Below, in pieces: positions 60,616-64,000 of a stretch of 64,000 nucleotides of DNA. The stretch is from positions 47,540,881 through 47,604,880 of the forward strand of contig NC_068999.1 in the NCBI RefSeq assembly GCF_001194135.2, read 5' to 3'. The notes beneath the pieces were generated by a model. The model worked only from the letters and a program-made list of their open reading frames with translations, was not told the origin of the DNA and did no database searches. The DNA comes from Octopus bimaculoides. Lineage: Eukaryota. How positions within the stretch are numbered: position 1 is the first letter of the stretch; the number at the start of each line of letters is the position of its first letter. Position numbers and translations under genes: made by a program.

Positions 60616-61490
60616 CTAAAATATAAAATATATAATGTCTAGATTGTTATATATCAGTATTTCAGGTTTGTGGAGGAGGTAGACCTAGGAAGGTGTAGAA
60701 TGAAGTGGTGAAAAGGAATCTTTGCATGCTGGGCCTCAATGAGGAAATGACAAGGGGCTGGGAGTTGTGATTTCCTGTACTTGAGATGTGCCAATTTAAA
60801 TAAAACAGTCTTCCATACATACAGGCTTGTCCTTTACAGGTGCCAGTTCCACATAAAATGCACTCGTGCCAGTGCCGCATGAACGCTCCTGTGTAGTGGG
60901 ACATCATAAAAAGCACCCAGCACACTTTGTAGACTGAACAATGAAATAAAATGTTCTACTCACAACATTGTCTGGTCTCGAAACTGAAACCACAATCTTG
61001 CAGTTGTGAGTGCAACAATCTAACCACTAGGCCACACACACACCACCCAACACATAAATATACTAATGTAGTTTCCAACTATTACCAATGCTTTCAACAG
61101 ATTTGGTTTTTCAAACCAGTACAAAAAGTGTGGGAAATATCTTGTAATGATTAATAAGGAAACTATTTAAAATTACAACTGTAAGCAATTCCTGATGAGG
61201 ATAAATGGATTGAAAGCACACAGAGTTGTTGTTCTTGGCCTAATAGAAATATTTCAAAGTTACAACACCATATTCTAAGTTCAAATCTTGCCAAGATCAA
61301 CTTTGCCTTTCATCCATTCAGGGTTTACAACATAAAACAAGAGTCAAGTACTGGGGTAGATGTAATCGACCTATCCCTTTCCTTCCCCCGAAATTGCTGC
61401 CTTTGTGCCAAAATGAGCAAGACTTATTCTAAAGAAAGGATAAATATGTTTAACCATGCAATAAGCATTCAGTTTTCTCGCAAAACTCAC

Positions 61491-61597
61491 AATTTGAGTA
61501 AAAAACCATGATTTTCTGATATTCATCTTCACTGAGGACTTTCAGATCAGCTTGCCTTTCTCTGAGGATGTCTTGTCGATCCAGCAGCCACTGCTGA
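61491..61597 (-). CDS. CCNC: CCNC exon 2: QQWLLDRQDILRERQADLKVLSEDEYQKIMVFYSN
   Basis: ttattag/gtgagt, 107 nt. Confidence 0.97.
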
Positions 61598-62539
61598 CTA
61601 ATAAGGAGAAAATGTAAGCAATTAGAATTGAATATAAATACAGCAAGATGAAACTAATAAGTATAAAACTCATTCAAAGTTTCACAGGATAAAAGCGGTG
61701 TAGAATAAAGGTTGCCTTTCAAACAAAATTTACAAATTTTAATAAAATTATCACATTATGCAATTAATTTAGCTGACCAAAGATGACAAAACAGAACCTA
61801 TAAAATGTTATGTTCTGACTTCATTTACTGCATTTACTAATATATAACTTGCACCCCTAATTCAGTGTTAAATCTTGATACAAATTTTTTTTCCCATTGT
61901 AGTTTTGGTTTTGCCCTCTATGCAAGTCACATCCCAGCTAATTCAGTTAAAAATCAAGTATAAAATAGAGCAACTTATACACGAGCAAATATGGTATACT
62001 TGAGAATGCAAGATGAGCGACAAAAGAGGGGAACAACTTAAATACAGAGGACCCAGTGCATCTACGTAACGATGCTACAGTGCACACTCGGTAGGGTTAG
62101 GGTTACATAGATGCGTCGGAACCTCTGTATTTAAGTAATACCCAAAAGGAAGTGTTTCCAAGGAGAGGCATGGTGCAGTAATTAGTAGAGCAAGAGAGGC
62201 AGGGGAAGGGAGATGAGTTGTGGGGAACGCTTCAAAGGGACAGACTGAACGCAGGGGAATAGACATAACCGATATGCCTTTGTGCCTGCGTGTTTTATCT
62301 ACTTGTCTTGACATCGTTTGATAGCAGTAAACAAGCGTCACCCTATAACCGGTGTCGTTCTTTTCCCAATCGCTATGAAAATATGTCTGCTTATGGGGAA
62401 ATAACATCTTGCCTAGTAACAGGAGAGGGTTGGCGACACGAAGAGCATCTGTCTGTAGAAAATCTACTCCAGTTTCCGTATGACAGATGCAAGCACAGGA
62501 AAGTAAGTAGACGTTAAAAGGTAGACGATTTTTTTACAC

Positions 62540-62657
62540 ACACATACATATTAGACACATGTATGCGTGTATGTATGTGTATGTACTTATTACACTCACG
62601 CACGCATATAAATTCACACGCGTTATATATATATATATACGTATGTATGTATGTATG

Positions 62658-62691
<34 letters not shown>

Positions 62692-62701
62692 NNNNNNNNN
62701 N

Positions 62702-62735
<34 letters not shown>

Positions 62736-62745
62736 GTACACATAT
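62540..62745. repeat. (CA)/(TATG)/(TA)n microsatellite in CCNC intron 1
   Basis: Directly visible. Confidence 0.92.
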
Positions 62746-62927
62746 GTTATAAGCATACCAAATAGACATATATACCGTTGGCTTGCGAATTAGCTAAGCC
62801 GATTATATCCATAGATATAAATATATATTAGCAGTATGGACATATGAAAAGGTACATAGTGAGCTATCTACAAAAGGTAAAAAACATAAATTACAGATGA
62901 AGGCAAAAAATGTAAGGGTATACTTAC

Positions 62928-62959
62928 TAATGAGAACTTTGCCAGAAATTACCGGCCAT
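62928..62959 (-). CDS. CCNC: CCNC exon 1: MAGNFWQSSH(Y)
   Basis: acaATGG start, gtaagt donor, 32 nt. Confidence 0.97.
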
Positions 62960-64000
62960 TGTGCATTCTAATGGAACTCTTTTAAGATAAAGGGAATAAT
63001 CGTCCCCTGCCTATTCTTATTTATCTCCCTCTTCTTGCTCACTCTTTATTTCTCTCTTTCGTTCTCTATCCTCTATTGTCTATTTCACTTTCTCTCTCTT
63101 TCACACACACACACACTCTCTTTCTCTCTCTCTCTTTCTTTCCATCTTGTTTGTTTACCATTTCACTTTCTGTGAAAGATCTTCAGTTTTAATTCTTTTT
63201 ACCGTTTTTCTCTTTATGTAGGCTTTTTTTTTCAACAGATCCCTAACGTTTTTTTCTTCCAAATATGTTTAGAACCCGAATTTTAAAAAAATGTCTTGAA
63301 AATCAATAACATGAAATAAAATACTGCGTTTCCCAACGAAACATTTTCTGGCTGTTAATACTGTTCAAAATTCAATTGCTTTACTATCAATGTCAGTAGA
63401 TATATAATGGTTCTCTACGGACGTGTTTTGCTCTATTCCTGTAAAATAAGATTAAAGAATTATGGCATATTCAAGTCTCAGACTTTCCATTTCGTTCGTT
63501 GATAATAAAATGCACCTCTCGGAAAAGACAAATGCATAAATTTTGGAATCAAAACGTCTCTTTTCACGACAGATGTCACAATATTGTTTATTGAAAGAAG
63601 CGGAAGAAAATTCCACAATCGTCTACAGAATTAACGGTAAATACAAATGGAATAAACTGAAAATATTCTGCATAAATTGAAAAATATCTGCCGATAGTGA
63701 TATTGCTTAGATATGAGAAAACAAGAAAACATACATCAAGCTATTATTGTTGTGGGAGATGGCTTGTAGCAAAAAAAAAAAAAAAAAGTAATATTGTTTT
63801 ATTTTTATTTTTCAAAAATCCTTGAGTAAAAAGGAGATAATCGGTTCATCTTGGGGGCTGAATTTACAACACTGAAAGTTAGACATGATGTTTAAGATTA
63901 GATTCTATCCCTAAGATACGTTTGAAAGTTTTTGAATGAATGAAAAACTCCATTTTAAGTAAGTTTGTTAAAGAAAGTAGGACAGAGACCGTAGCTTTCT

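Larger units (their letters stand above)
50671..62959 (-). other. CCNC: Cyclin C gene, complete (11 coding exons, 873 nt, 290 aa)
   Basis: Hand-spliced protein MAGNFWQSSHYQQWLLDRQD...IQALGEQLKMRQQVIASATVYFKRFYAR...APTCIFLASKVEEFG...LECEFYLLEMMDCCL...WFAELSVDMDK...MPKPK is clearly cyclin C; all introns GT-AG with consistent phases. Confidence 0.98.

Noticed and set aside
62091-62104. TAGGGTTAGGGTTA telomere-like motif
   Set aside because: Only two units

Overview
Repeat-rich, AT-rich animal genomic DNA. The SINE content and microsatellite load point to an Octopus species (inference from recognising the repeat families). It has six N-gaps, five directly flanked by simple repeats. Three spliced genes can be assembled by hand, and most of their exons are missing from the ORF track. 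(1) The 5' part of adenylate kinase 9 (AK9) on the minus strand: 6 exons at 694-11167, running off the left edge, with an RFX X-box-like site next to the putative ATG. (2) A complete NADP-type malic enzyme (ME1/ME3-like) on the plus strand: 12 homologous exons at 33938-48142, plus two frame-compatible candidate upstream exons. One (27862-27911) adds a mitochondrial-presequence-like N-terminus; the other (17781-17821) does not. (3) A complete cyclin C (CCNC) on the minus strand: 11 exons at 50671-62959, 290 aa, tail-to-tail with the malic enzyme. The rest is tRNA-derived SINEs (labelled A-C here), a (CAT)n-tailed retroposon family (D), RTE/CR1/Tx1 LINE relics, hAT-, piggyBac- and Helentron-like non-autonomous elements, a mariner-type transposase relic and microsatellites. 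I found no CRISPR array, rRNA or intact tRNA, and no clearly new multi-gene system. The strongest leads are dual cytosolic/mitochondrial targeting of one malic enzyme gene, intronic fold-backs and inverted SINE pairs as possible ADAR substrates, a possible restorative Ser-to-Gly edit, a possible alternative 3' end of CCNC, and shared linkage of the three genes with human 6q. Repeat boundaries are approximate; vertebrate comparisons are from memory and need checking.
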